DNA of 64,000 nt from Octopus vulgaris (Eukaryota): NCBI GenBank assembly GCA_951406725.2, contig OX597829.1, forward strand, positions 27,156,001 to 27,220,000. Reading direction: 5' to 3'. The notes beneath the pieces were generated by a model. It saw only the letters and a program-made list of their open reading frames with translations, was not told where the DNA came from and ran no database searches. The position numbers were made by a program, and so were the translations under genes. How positions within the stretch are numbered: the stretch's first letter is position 1; each line of letters opens with the position of its first letter. Below are positions 1 through 13,340 of this stretch, piece by piece.

Positions 1-232
1 TCATCTACTACAGCCCCAGGCTGACTAGTGCCTTATTGAGTGGATTTGCTAGATTGAAATTGTCATAAATGTGTGTGTGCATGCATGTGCTTCCATACTT
101 GTGCTTGCATGAATATTGATATTCCATTTCTTTGCTTGACTCTACTTGAGTGAATTGGTTCAAACTTTTATAAATTTGTAAGGAAGTAAAGAATCTCAAA
201 ATTGTTTACTGTACAAGTAATGACTCATTTAA

Positions 233-640
233 TGCAGCTGTGGTTGAGAAGTTTGTTCCCAACCACATGGTTTCAGATTCAGTCCCATGTGTGGCACATC
301 TTCTATATCCCTGGGCCAACTGAAGCCTAGAGAGTGAATCTTGTAGAAAGAAACTGAAACAAGACCACCGTGTGCATGTGTGTGTAAATGTCTCTGTGTA
401 TGTATGTGTCTCTTTGCCTTGACATTACATGATAGTTGTAAATGAGTGTCTCTATTGTGCAAACAATGTTATTCATTTCCAATATTCTGTGAAAATATGT
501 CTGACCATGGGGAAATATCATCTTGCTTAGAAACAGGTAAGAGTTGGCAATAGGAAGGCCAACAAGCTGTAGAAAATCTGCCTCAATAAACTTTGTTGGA
601 CCCATACTAGCATGGAAAAGTATGCATTAAAACAATGGTG
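233..640 (+). mobile_element. tRNA-headed SINE with a CATGGAAAA-type tail (degenerate)
   Basis: Head gctgtggttgagaagtttgttcccaaccacatggtttcagattcagtccca matches other copies in the window; tail gctgtagaaaatctgcctc..catggaaaag. An inverted copy lies at ~10675-11095. Confidence 0.65.
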
Positions 641-655
641 CACACGTACTGTATA

Positions 656-1000
656 GGCACAGGCATGGCTGTATGATAAGAAGTTTCCTTCCCAACCACA
701 TAGTTCTGAGTTTGGTCCCATTGCATGGCACCTTGTGAGTGGGTTTGGTAGACGGAAACTGAAAGAAGCTTATTTTTGTGTGTGTGTGTCTTTGTGTTTG
801 TCCCCCATCCACTGTTTGACAACTGGTGTTGGTGTGTTTAAATTCCTGTAACTTAGCAGTTTGGCAAAAGAGAGTGATAGAATAAGCACTAGTTTTTAAA
901 AAATAAGTACTGGGGTTGATTCATTAGACTAAAATTCTTTGAGGTGGTGCCCCAGCATGGCCAGAGTCTAATGACTGAAACGAGTAAAAGAAAAGAAAAA
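656..1000 (+). mobile_element. tRNA-headed SINE (same family as 32438-32844)
   Basis: ggcacaggcatggctgt head, tggtagacggaaactgaaagaag core and cagcatggcc..atgactgaaacgagtaaaagaaaag tail. Confidence 0.75.
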
Positions 1001-1780
1001 TTTTCCTAATTTTTTTTTTTTGTTTAAATAAGTATCATTTCAGGATTGTCCAAAATATATGCTTCTTATATTTTATTTCCTAACCTGTTTATACCAATGA
1101 ACACCCTCACTTCTTGAAACAATTTCTGTTTAGCATGTATTTATGTAAATATTAATCTTGTGTAAAATAAAATTTTTCATCTAAATTGGATTTTTAAATA
1201 ATTCACAATCATCTGAAAATTATATTTTAAATATTTTCCTCTAATTTTTAATATTTTTGTCTCATTTTGTAGTTTTTATACTTCTTTTGGTCAATTTTCC
1301 TATTTGTTGAACTTGATGAGAACCATCTGATGCAATTATTTTAACTGTTTCTATTAGCATATGTGATAAAGGCCTAAGACCTAATTTGTATTTTGACTCT
1401 ACTCTAGTTTCAATTTGTTTATATCATTTTTTTAATGTCCACTGTTCCATGCTTCCATGGGTCAGATGGGATTCAATGAGTCAGATTTTTTCACAACTAG
1501 ATGCTCTTTCTGTTGCCCTTCACTTGTTTCCAAGCAAGGAAATATTTTCCCATGATTGGACATGTATGTATTCATAGAAAATTGGAAATTAATGACACTG
1601 CTTGGTTGGAAAGCAAGAGGCTTAACTTCTACTCATTATTTGTGGATATCATTCTTATATACCATTTTAAAATTGATTGTATAATTTTGCTTTTTTTGTC
1701 ATTTTTGCATAATCTGTTAAAAATTTCCCTCAAATTCTGAAGTGCTTTTGCCTAACAAAATTGATATTATTTGATGTTAA

Positions 1781-1995
1781 CCCTTCCGTTACAGTATTTA
1801 TTTTGAGATGCTCTGTGTTTCTTTCAATTACTTTAAATATAGCAAAGAATTTAGTAAAATAACTTAGCTATCATTCAGCTAGTGTTAGGAACATAAATTG
1901 TGACTAAGGTTTGGTGGAAGATTTTAATTAAAAACTTATGTAAACAAGACATTTGTACTTCAGAGCCAGTTTCAGCCAGGCTGGTAACGAAAAGG
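1781..1995. mobile_element. piggyBac-type MITE
   Basis: TTAA on both sides (1777-1780, 1996-1999); imperfect TIRs CCCTTCCGTTAC and GTAACGAAAAGG. Confidence 0.75.
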
Positions 1996-4900
1996 TTAAA
2001 GGATAATCAAATTATTGAATAGAAACTGATTTTCTTTTTACATTACTTTTAAATTTTTATTACTTTTTTTTCGTTGAGAAAATGTCATGATAGAAAAATA
2101 TGCTGGTCAACATTTAAAAAGATGTGAAATGTTCAAGCAACATGTGAAAGGATTTTGAAGCAATGTAGACATGTGGTTGGGATTGCTGTTTGGCAGTAAT
2201 TGGAGTAAAGCAAGGTTACAAAAGATTATTGGGATTGATCTAACACCTGCCTACCCACCCAAAATATTTTAGACTTGATATATCAGAGAATATGATTTAA
2301 GCCCATTAAACTATCCTACCAGAGCTAAGTATAAAAATGTTAATGATGATGATGTTAAAGTGACATTGATTTAAACAAAAATCTTTTTTATAGAATTATT
2401 TACTGACAAGTTACTTTAATTTTTTTAAAAATCAGAGGAATGTGTGTTGTTTTTGCTGGGATATTTTCTTTATTTCAGTTATTAATAAAGCTGCAAACCT
2501 CTCAAATAAATAACTATACCACATAAAATAAGATCTGCAGCATTGACATTTTGCTAGTATATCAAATTCTTTTATTGATTATTTGTATTAGCTTAGCACA
2601 TGCCATAGCTTTTTGTCTAGTGCTGTTGTGCGGCATGTGATTGCTAAGGCTTCTAGCTTTATTTGCCAACTTGTTTGATTCAAATAAACAAGGCCAAATG
2701 TATAAATCCTTTTTACTAGTAACCTCCGTCAGTCAAGATTTCTTTCTATTTATTACAATGATATAATTTGTTACTATAAAGCAACTTAGTAGCTACTTTA
2801 GCATAGTTAACTTGTGAACATTCTTGAATCATCGTGCTTATTCAGAGTGTACTGGTATATCTATATACCAAAATATTTTCTGATTCACTTCCAAACTTTG
2901 CACACTTTTTATTAGTAAAATGTATATATAGAAATTATCTGTTTAAAATCATATATTTCTGACTGTCCTGTTGTATCCCATAGTTGCTTTTCATATGCAT
3001 TAGCTCACTTGATAAATGTTGGATTGTTAGACTGTTACCATGTAACTGCTGCCTGTATATTTACAGCTGTCTGTTATATTTCACTTTATTCCTGAGTTAA
3101 GGAAGATTTAAAATGGAATAGAATGTTCGTAGCATATATTCCTTTTTATTTTCTGTCTTGGACATATGGATTCCTAAAATCTCTTTCTCTATTATCTCTG
3201 TACATGTGTGTGTTTATATATATATTATATATAGTTCATTGTCCTGTGTAATAGGATTGTCTATAACATTCTTATATCCTATGACTTTATGTTATTAGCT
3301 AAAAATAGGTTATTATTGTCATGGCTTAATAGTAATAAAATGTTTTTTTTTTATGTATCAACTTTTGAGTATGTTTATTTCTTAACTTTTAAATATATAT
3401 TTTAAGCAAGACTAATAATTTTCATTTATTTTAAAAACACTGTTTATTAATTTAAGACATTTTCAACAGCTCATAAGTATGTTCTCTATGTAATATACCA
3501 AAGCAGATTATTTTTTTTAATTGACCTAATTTTGTTTTTAATAGGCAGGACATTCCGTAACCTTTTCAATGTTCCATGACAGTTAGCTTTAAGTTGGATT
3601 AAAAATTAAAAAGTAGTTGTCGCAGTACAAAACAAAACAAAAAAAATTACTAAAGCTTAGCATTATATGTTGCTATATATAGCCAGTTTATTTGGGTTCG
3701 TTTTTTTCTTTCTTTTTTTTTATTTCAAGATAACATTTCAATGTGAAGTCTGTTAAAATGATTAAACGGTTGAAATATAAACCAAAAATAAAATACAAGA
3801 AGAAAAATTCTGATGTTCCCTCTGTAAATGTTATGGAATAAAGAGTTTTTTTGTTTTCGTATTAGGTAATATTAATGTGACTCAAACCTGCTTAACTTAA
3901 TATAAATAGCTGAATATAGGATTGAAAAAATGTAGAATATTATGAAAAGTAGTTAAAAAGAGATGTTTGCTTTTGCCTCCCTCCTATTAATAATATAGGA
4001 GGGAGGCATTCATTGATTATTTTAGGCAGAACTAATTGAAGATTAACACATATAAGATCCATGTAATGGCTCTATTTCTTTTGCAATTTCTATTTTTTAT
4101 TAGTCTGTAACATAGTAGTTTGTCCTTGGGGATGTCATTAAGACCACTTTTGCTACTTAAAAGCTGTCAGGGTTAGATGTACACACATGGCTTTCAATAT
4201 TTCTATGGTAACAACAGACTTGTGATAGTATGAACTTCAGGAAGCCGGTTAGATTTACTTTGTTGTTCTAATTCTATAGCAACATGTATCAAATCTTATT
4301 TCATAAATCTTAATAAAAATTATGTATGTTTAATGTGTATATGATAAGATTTTCTGCATTTTACAACAATTTTATACAGTATTGATTGGACAGTTCTGCA
4401 AATTTGGATAATTGTTTAAATTGCTGCAGATGGTATATAAAGAGTACTTTGGTAATGTTATTTATTCATGTAAGTGAACTGCTATGTTAGTCATGCCAGA
4501 CAAAATGGGCATATAGTCATCTACATTCTCAGTTCAAATCCAGTTAATGTTGCCTTTGCTTTACATTATTCAAGGATACATTAAATTGATTTTACCTCTT
4601 CCCTAAAATATTTGTGGCATTGTATCATTATATTTAATAATTACAGCCACAATATTCATAGAAATCATTATGACAATAGAATGAAAGAAATATTAAGACA
4701 ATGAACAAAATGCATTACAGCCTGATGACAGCCAGTAATCCAAAACTTCAAAGTCAGTGTCACTCTTTGAAAATCAATAAATATGTACTCTAAAAGTACT
4801 GAGTGACCCTTCGATTTATCTATAACTTTGCATGAAAACACACACATTCACACACACACACACAAACACAAAGCATGTCTTGTGCAATGTAAGTAACAAA

Positions 4901-5037
4901 TGCTTGATTGTGTATGAATGTTTGTTGTTCCTGAGCTGCAGACGCATTGATGTAAGAGCAAACTTTTGTGTTGGCATACAAGCATTTAAAGTGGAACCCA
5001 CATGAATTTAAACCTGTAATATTTATTTAATATATTG

Positions 5038-5072
<35 letters not shown>

Positions 5073-5388
5073 AGAATTCAGTCCTGTAAATTATATTGCG
5101 TGCCATATTTCAGTCTGTTCACATTGCTCAGAAGCATTCTTTCTCTATTCATAATCAGCTCTGCTGCCAGGAAAATTTTCAATACATTCTGGTGGATTTG
5201 AACATGAATATGTTGATTGTTGTTGTAGTTTGTCATTGGAGAACTTCTTGAGTGTTCATAACATACACAATTCATTGGTGTAAGGGAGCTTTGAGACACA
5301 ACAGTGGTTCAATCTTATTGAGGATATCTTCACTCAAGGCTACCTCTGGACCAGTATGTCTAACAAGAGTACTGACTCTTGTTTATAG

Positions 5389-5650
5389 AAATCACGCAGC
5401 AAGTATAGATGGGCTGGACATGTCACCCGGCTCACCGGTAATCGGTGGACGCACGCAGTTGTCGAGTGGTACCTGCGCGAGCAGAAAAGACCACCCGGAA
5501 GACCTCCACGACGGTGGAGTTACGATTTCAGGAGGACGATTGGGATCACGTGGATGAGAAAGGCGCGATCCAGAGAGGAGTGGACAGCGTGCTGTGACCA
5601 GTGGTGTCAAATGGACGCCTGACGGACTGGTCGGTCAAGGTCAAGGTGAT
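5389..5650 (+). mobile_element. RTE-clade LINE 3' fragment (5'-truncated, apparently young)
   Basis: Open frame KYRWAGHVTRLTGNRWTHAVVEWYLREQKRPPGRPPRRW...QMDA-TGA (5620-5622), the typical RTE ORF C-terminus, followed by a short (TCAAGG)2 tail. GC/CpG-rich island in an AT-rich intron. Confidence 0.85.
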
Positions 5651-6020
5651 ATATATATATATATATCGAGGGGAAAAAACAATATGGACGTTTTGTTTTG
5701 GTGTCTCAAAATGCCATATACGCCTATGAGGATTTACTTTCCCAATGAAACTCAGTCTTTTCCCAAACTTTTTCTCAAACCTGCTATAATGTGATACATG
5801 TCTTTGGTGTGGTAATTGTACGTGGCTGAAGAAGGCTTTTGAACTACCTGTTATATTAATTATGCATTGATATAAGTTGTTCAATAAAGCCCGAAACATA
5901 TGTACCGCAAAATCCTTTGCGTCCTGTTTTTCTTTTGATACATATATCCTACCACCTACACCACTAGCTGGCATATACAGGTGCTTACAGTTATCAAGTA
6001 TTCACCCTGAATTTTTTGTA

Positions 6021-6059
<39 letters not shown>

Positions 6060-6063
<4 letters not shown>

Positions 6064-6320
6064 CCAGTGCCACCTGACTGGCACCTGCTCCAGTGCTCAT
6101 AAAAAGCACCATTTGAGCATGGTCCAATGTCACCTGACTGGCTCCTGTGCCAGTGGCATGTAAAAAGCACCCACTACACTCTTGGTTGGTATTAGGATGG
6201 GCATTTGCCTGTAGAAACCTTGCCCAATCAGATTGGAGCCTAGTGCAGCCTCTCAGCTTGTCACTCCTCAGTCAAATCATCCAACCCATGCCAGCATCGA
6301 AAGTAGATGTTAAATGATGA
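6060..6320 (+). mobile_element. SINE/LINE-3' element with tandem GACTGGC..AAAAAGCACC units
   Basis: Homologous to 32880-33282 and 59800-60435; ends aacccatgccagcat..gttaaatgatga. Confidence 0.65.
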
Positions 6321-6771
6321 TATATATATTTGTTTTGCAAGATTCCTGATGTGAAATCTTGTGTTGAAACAGATATTGTCTTATTTGGGGATGGTCATAT
6401 TTTTGGTAATTAACCACATGCACTATATACATGTTCTTCACTTCAGCTTTATTTTTATTTGAGTGTCCTTTGTCTGAAATCTTTCACATTTTGTGACACA
6501 TCCTAATACTTTCAGCGACTCTCCACCCAACGTGGGATGGAAAGTCACTGAAGTGGTCACAGAATGTGTAATAAAAGATTTCAGGTAAATAACACTAAAA
6601 TAAAAATAATAATAAAGCTGAAATGTTAATTGGTAAAAGTAATACCATCCCCAAATATAACACATACACATATATAATATTCAGTTTGTCTAAAAATTTG
6701 CTTTTTTGCATTAGCCAGCAACAATATCCCAATTTAATTAAGTTCCTGCAGTAAGAATTCATTATATATAA

Positions 6772-6935
6772 CAGTGGTACCCAACACGTGGTCTGCAGAC
6801 CCTTGGTAGTCTGCAAAGTAGTACTGGGGGTCCATGAACATGTTAAGCTGACAAACCTTTCAATATCTTGGAGTCCATCAGAAAACTCATTTAAATAAAA
6901 GGGGTCCTTGGTATTGAAAAGGTTGGGAACCACTG
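6772..6935. mobile_element. hAT (Charlie-like) MITE
   Basis: TIRs CAGTGGTACCCAAC and GTTGGGAACCACTG; 8-bp flanks ATATATAA and ATATAGAA (7/8 identical TSD). Confidence 0.75.
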
Positions 6936-7955
6936 ATATAGAATTTAGCCAGAAGATATGTGAAGTGATTTAGTCAGATTTAAGTATGTTGGCCCTTACA
7001 GATGAGTTAACAGAGTGGTAGAATCCTGTTGAAACAATCAGCATAAATTTATGATGGTGATAGTGCTTCCTCTTCTATAAATTTGCTTTTATGTCTGTTC
7101 AAAAGAAATCATTTATGACTGTTTTAGAAAAAATTTTTGTCTAACCTCAAACATGGAGTTTTAAAAGAAAAAATATAGTCTATTTGTTTGAATACTCATG
7201 TTTTGACTTCTGTCTTAGTGGATATGTAAGCAGTCCTGTTGTACAGATATTGCATGTGTACAAAAGGGGATAAAAAAAATTAGTAAATAGAACATAATCA
7301 GAATTTTCAATTATCCATCTCTGGCCCACATAACTTTGGAATAGGTGGTGGTGATGGGGTGCTAAATTTTTGTTGCATTACTATCACAAGATAAGATCTT
7401 AATTTTGTTTTGTATATACCTGTAACCTTGTCCTAAAGAAGAAATAGTACATAAATAATATAGTCAAATAGTTTTAAGTACAATGACCTTACTCTGTAAG
7501 TAAAGACAAATGTAATTAGAAGCTTGTACTGAATTAATGTAAATGTACTTAAAGAGGTGATTAACAACAGTTGTCGATAATGCTAACTATAGTTATAGTA
7601 AGATTGCAATGAAAGTTGCATGTCAATAGTTCAGAAGGTACCAATTGGTTGGGAAGAGTTTTTTTTTTTGTATATTTCTATGAAAAGATATTACTTGCAC
7701 TGGCTATTCTTATTCTGTTTTTAGTTGCATGTAATTAATTCATAGTTTTTGAGTTTGTTATAAATTCTTATGACTTAAAATGAATATAATTATATCCATG
7801 CTTGAATTTTAAAAGAAAAATGGTTTTTTAATGAAACTGATTTTCCTAATGCATCCTTTTATGATGAAGATGTTTTAGTTTTGTAACATAATGTGTATAA
7901 TTTAATTAATAATACCAACTGAATATTTTTATTCAGTTAACATTATTAATAATAA

Positions 7956-7998
7956 TACTAACTGAATGTTTTTTTATATTAATATAAATAATACTAAC
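7956..7998 (+). promoter_or_regulatory. Duplicated perfect U2 branch-point consensus (TACTAAC x2)
   Basis: TACTAAC at 7956-7962 and 7992-7998; the second has its branch A 28 nt upstream of the 8025 acceptor. Confidence 0.65.
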
Positions 7999-8025
7999 TG
8001 AATATTTTTTACTTTTCCTTGACAG

Positions 8026-8183
8026 CTCATGAAGATGAGTTTCGGGATGATGACTTCAGAGCTCCACTGTACAAAAATGTCGAAATTAAAGGTATTACTA
8101 TGCGAATGAAATGGTGTACCACATGTCAGTTTTACAGGCCACCCAGGTGCTCTCATTGTAGTGTTTGTAATAATTGTATAGAG
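8026..8183 (+). CDS. ZDHHC8: ZDHHC5/8-family palmitoyltransferase, internal exon (first half of the DHHC cysteine-rich domain)
   Basis: Acceptor ttccttgacAG at 8025 and donor GAG|GTAAGT at 8184. Encodes (A)[52 protein letters not shown]; [24 protein letters not shown] is typical of the ZDHHC5/8 subfamily. 158 bp, phase 1 to 0. Confidence 0.95.
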
Positions 8184-10674
8184 GTAAGTGCCTTGTATTA
8201 AAATTAGTAAATACCAAGCTTCTTTTTTAATAAATTTTTACAAATTAAAATCTAACAAAAACAGTAATTGGCTTTCTTTCACATTATAAACTAGGTGCTT
8301 TGCAATACTAATTACTTTATATTAAGAACTATTTCCTAATTAGAATATCTTAGTTGACCATCAAAAGGAATAAATTAAATTAATGACAGATGATGAAAGT
8401 GGTTGTATTATGGCTACAGCTTATTTGATGTGTTTATAGGATATAGACATGGGATTTCTTTAGAGCTTTCAGGTTTGTAGGCTTTGTCCATCAAGAGTTC
8501 TGACCTGTTTTTTAGTAAACCTGCATGTTCCTATGAGAATATAATATATTCAGGGATATAGGCTGTTTTTTCAACCTAAAAGTTCATTCAAAATGATGTG
8601 ACCTGACATATCTTGTCAAAACACTCAGCTTCAATCACCTGCACCTTGTTACAGTCATAACAGAATTATCAATTGTAAAATATTGACTTCATGTTTTGTT
8701 TCAGCTAAGGATTCTCACAGGAACTAAAATGCATTCAGTTGAACTGACTTTGCGAAGTTACAGGGCTTAAACTAAATTCATTTTTTCACTGTGCAATAGT
8801 TATGACACTGTCTTTGTTTCTTGATGATAAATAAAGATTAATATTTTTACATTTTTCTTCTCTGATGGTAATCAATTATATATCTATTTTCTTAATACAT
8901 GATTGAAAAAATTGATATGTACAGTAGCTTAAATATTAAATAAACAATAATTCTGTATTTTTGGACTAACCATAGTTCTTCCCAGTTATTATTATTAAAC
9001 TATGATTATTCAAAGAATATATCTTGATGTACTGAATGTATTCAAAAGAATATTAACTTAAAGAGCTTGCTTTATTTTCTGTGCATACCCATCATTCAAT
9101 GCCAATACTTACAATCGAGACATAAATGTATTAGCTCTTTACATATTTAAATAAGAATATATTTTAAGGCTTGATATTTAATTCACATTTCATGATATGT
9201 ACAAAATTGTGTAACCAACCCTACATACACACACGCATGCACATATTAGAGAGAGAGAAAGATGGATATATGCTTTTTTTTTTGCTCTTTTGCTTTCTAC
9301 CCATTTTTATTGTAATTTTCTTATGTATATTCCGCAAATGCTTGAATGTACTTACTTCCATGAGATTGTGCTGAGAAAGGATTGTAATCAACTCCATCGT
9401 TGATTTCAATAAGTAGGGAAGATACTTGGTTGTAAAACAATTCCTTTTACAAAATGCAAACACTTTTATTTGTAAAAACTATTCCATGCAAACCAGCTTG
9501 TTAAAAGGAGTGGGGGGACCAATAATGAGAATGTGGATCATTTTAATATGAAAAACTGATGCTATGTGAATTGAAGCAAAGTCAATGTAATACTTTTAGT
9601 GAAATTTTAATCTATGATGTAAATCTTTTGTGTCTGGCACGTTAACCCATTGTTAAATATCTACATACATAATAAAAAATGCTATAGTATGTCTACAAGA
9701 TAAATATAGTCTCACTCTAAGCAGTTTGTTGCCATTATACCTAACAAATATAGGGTATATAATTTGAGTGAGAAAGAGAAAGAGGCTAGGTTAATTGTTG
9801 CTCAAGTTTAATTCACTGTAAATAACAAAAGTATATGTTGCCTGGTAACAGCAAATCTTTGTTGGTATGGTTCTCTTATATTCCATTTTCAATTGGAAAT
9901 ATTTCTATTGCAATAGAAGAAAGAAATTTATTTTGAGATTAGCTCTGTCAGAAACATGAGTAAATGAATAGATATAAAGGAAACTACATCCTGTGTATTG
10001 AAGACTAATGTCTTTATACTTTGTTAAAGATATGTATATATGAGTGATATAAGCTACCCGAGATATATCCTGATTTTACTAATTAAGTGTATGTGAAATG
10101 AATTATGTGTGGAAAATATTTCTAAATCTTATTATTACTATACATATGTCAGATATATAATTACAGTAACATATTGTGATATACCTATACAATTTCTTAT
10201 AGTGCACTGGTCAGTAAATATTTTCTGTTTTTAATGAATGATTTAATGACCTATTGTTGAGAAAACAAGTAGCCTTCACAATTCCAGTCACTCCTCATTC
10301 TGTCTTTGGCTTTCTCTCTAGATGTCACTAGTTATTTTCAAGACATGCAATGTAAGAAGAATCAAAGTAAGCTATTATAATGCATTTCAAGCAAAGCATT
10401 AATTGAATTAGCTTTACAATTGTTGACTGTAGTGGGACTTCATTTCCCTGAAATATGCTGAAAAGCACAATGTAGTTTTTAGTCATTTTCTTCCATACAC
10501 CCATACACTTTTAGTATTTTGCAGAGATTTCTTACATACATCATACATAAGCATTTTACAGCTTCTTATATATCAGTATTCCAAATATGGAGAATGTTCA
10601 TATTCTGAATTTTTCAATCTAATATAGATTCAGAAACTCAGATATTTTGTCCCTAATATGCACCAGTGTGCATT

Positions 10675-11095
10675 TTTTATCATCCACTTTTCCATGCTTG
10701 CATTGGTCAGATGGAACTGAGGCAGATTTCTTTTACAGCCGGATGTCCTGTTGACAACACTTGCCCATTCAACAAGCGAAGTAATATTTCCTCATAGCTA
10801 GATATGTTTTCATGGTAGATTGGAATGAAATAAAACTGCTTGTGTGATGCTGAGGCTCCTTTGTAACTATTGCATAATGTCAAGACCAGAAGACACACAT
10901 TCACATGCATAAACACGCACACATTTATACTTTCTTTTATTGTTTTTTTTCTGTTTCTATTTCTGTCAAGCAAATACAAGGCATCAGTCAGCCTGGAGCT
11001 ACAGTAGAAGACACTTGTCCAAAGTGCCACATAGAAGAATGAAACACAAAACCATGTGGTTGAAAAACAAACTTCTCAACCACACAGTTGTAACT
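10675..11095 (-). mobile_element. tRNA-headed SINE, inverted copy of the 233-640 family
   Basis: Reverse complement of the same head (aaccatgtggttg..ttctcaaccacacag) and tail (tccacttttccatgcttgcat). Confidence 0.65.
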
Positions 11096-11108
11096 GTGCT
11101 TCTATATA

Positions 11109-11980
11109 CAGGGTTTCTGAGCTAAAATTGGCAATTTGCATTAAAGGAAAACAAAATGCAACATCTCATCTGAAAATTAAAATATTTTTTAAAAGTTGTA
11201 AAACTATCAACTAGATTATGGCTGGGAGATAACAGTTTATTAAAATTAGTTATCCCCAGCTTCCATCATGGTCTCAAAATAGCTCTGGAACCTGGTGCAT
11301 GCATTCTTCACTGTCCCTCAGAAGATCTTCAAACACTTCCTTGATCTTGGCTACCAGCTCAGCTTTGTCATTACAGGCAGAGCAGTTCATGTCTTTCTCA
11401 ACCACACCACACACAGTAATCTATGGGGAATTGAAAGGCTAGAAATTGGGGCTGGTGAAGTCATAGAAATTCAATGGCAACAACTTCTGACTCTTTCCAG
11501 AGGTATGTCAAAGAGCTGAATCTTGCTATCACATATATGGCCTTCCAGCAGCAACCCTCTCTAGCCAGAGACTGAGCACAGTCTCCAGCAGCTTTACATA
11601 GATATCTGAATTGAGCCTAAAGCCCTCTTCAAATATATGGGGATGAATTTCACCATGCAGACGCAGTCAGAATGCCTGCCTTATCCATTCTTGCTGGCTA
11701 GAGATTCTCAGTCTCCATTGTAGCTGTCCATGTTGTGTCTTATATTCTTCACATATCACTGAGCCATAGTCATGATGTTGGCATTTTGATACCCAATACA
11801 AATCATCATGATATAGGTAACTCTTATCCAATATTGAGATGACTTCCAGTCATCCATGTCAGTTAACATTTTCTCAACTATAAATTTAATCTTCATGCAT
11901 TCCAACACCATTGACTGCTCATTAGTACTTCCCGGAAAAAGGAAGCATAAAAACTTGCCAGATTTAGCTCAAACACCCTG
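11109..11980 (-). mobile_element. Degenerate Tc1/mariner-superfamily element (maT/DD37D-like)
   Basis: TA|CAGGGTTTCTGAGCTAAAATTGGCAA ... TTGCCAGATTTAGCTCAAACACCCTG|TA imperfect TIRs; minus-strand remnant of the P-x-DY-x-VW transposase motif near 11400-11450. Confidence 0.7.
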
Positions 11981-12084
11981 TATATATCACCATCATTATT
12001 TAACATCTATTTTTTATGCTGATATGAGTTGGATGGATATTTGGATGGATACACACACAGGGACATACTAGTCATTGAGGTGTT

Positions 12085-13340
12085 TTAGTTTAGTTAATTA
12101 GTTAATTTTTTGGCTCAAAAAGCAAAAAGCAAGGCCATGTAGGGGGACATGGAGTTATGTACAGGGTGGTGTTCATGTAAAGAGTTCAGGCCACTTGAGG
12201 TCAAGGGAGACTTTGAACAAAGCGGTCGTCGGCATCTTCACCATCTCGTCTGGCAGCTTGTTCCATGGATCTGCAACCCGGACGGAGAAAGCCCCTCTCA
12301 TTCGATTGAGATGAAATCGTCGCAGATAGAGCTTTTCGGAATGACCCCGCAGCCGACGCTCTGGAGCAGGAGTGAAGAACAGCTCTTTCGAGAGGTTACA
12401 CTTTCCGCTTATGATGTTGTGAGCGAGAATGAGATCACCACGGCGGCGGCGTTTTTCTAGAGAATAAAGGTTGAGTGTCTTCAGCCTTTCTTCATAAGAC
12501 AAATTCTTGAGACCATGAACCATGCGGCTAGCCAGCTTCTGGACTCTTTCGAGATGCTGCATGTCTTTGAGGAGATAAGGAGAAGAGGCTTGAATCCCGT
12601 ACTCCAATATGGGTCTCACCAGCGTGACATAGAGCGGTAGGAATATGGCTGCTGTGAGCATTCCGAATGACCGTCAAATCAAGAACAGAATTCCGCATGC
12701 TTTGTTGGCAGCATGGACGTACTGGGCCAAAGGTGAAAAGGAGGAATCCACCAAGATACCCAGGTCCTTTACCTGATCGGTCCTCTCCAGCAGCAGACGA
12801 CCCGGCTCGAAATCAAGTTGAGTTGCAGGAGGAGAGCCAACAGGCAGATAACAGCACTTTGACACGTTCAGACACAGGTCCCATTCGTTAGACCACCTCC
12901 AAATTTGGTGGAGGCATCGACGAAGATCCTCTATATCACCGCGAGGAGCGACCAGTTTGACATCATCGGCAAATAGAAGGGTGTGTTGCGTGAGGTCGTC
13001 GGGCAAGTCATTAATGAAGACTAAGAACAATAAGGGCCCAAGCACTGAACCTTGAGGCACGCCACTGCTCGCACTGGAGACGTTGGACCGCGAACCATTA
13101 ACTTGGACTTGGAAGGAAAGATCTGAGAGGAATGCACCAACCCATCGTACAATATCCGGATGGAAACTATATGCTTGAAGCACGACAAGTAATAGGCGGT
13201 GGTTTACCGAGTCAAAAGCTTTGGCAAAGTCCAATAAAACGATGTCAACAGCATCACTATCATCGAGGATGTGCGTCACCAATTCTTCCATTACCAGTAA
13301 GTTGGTCAAGCATGAGTGTTGCTGTTGTGAAACCACTTTA
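12085..13340 (-). mobile_element. CR1-clade LINE, 5'-truncated (RT domain to 3' end)
   Basis: Motifs LDFAKAFDSV, SGVPQGSVLGPLLF, LFADDVKL, RGHSEKL and FSVRVADPWNKLP. The two listed ORFs are one reading frame split by a single TGA (12674-12676). The short 3' UTR ends in TAAC/TAAAC-type repeats. Confidence 0.93.

Noticed and set aside
1-8025. Search for the N-terminal ZDHHC exons (TM1, TM2, DPG motif)
   Set aside because: No matching coding segment found by eye; they are presumably upstream of the window.
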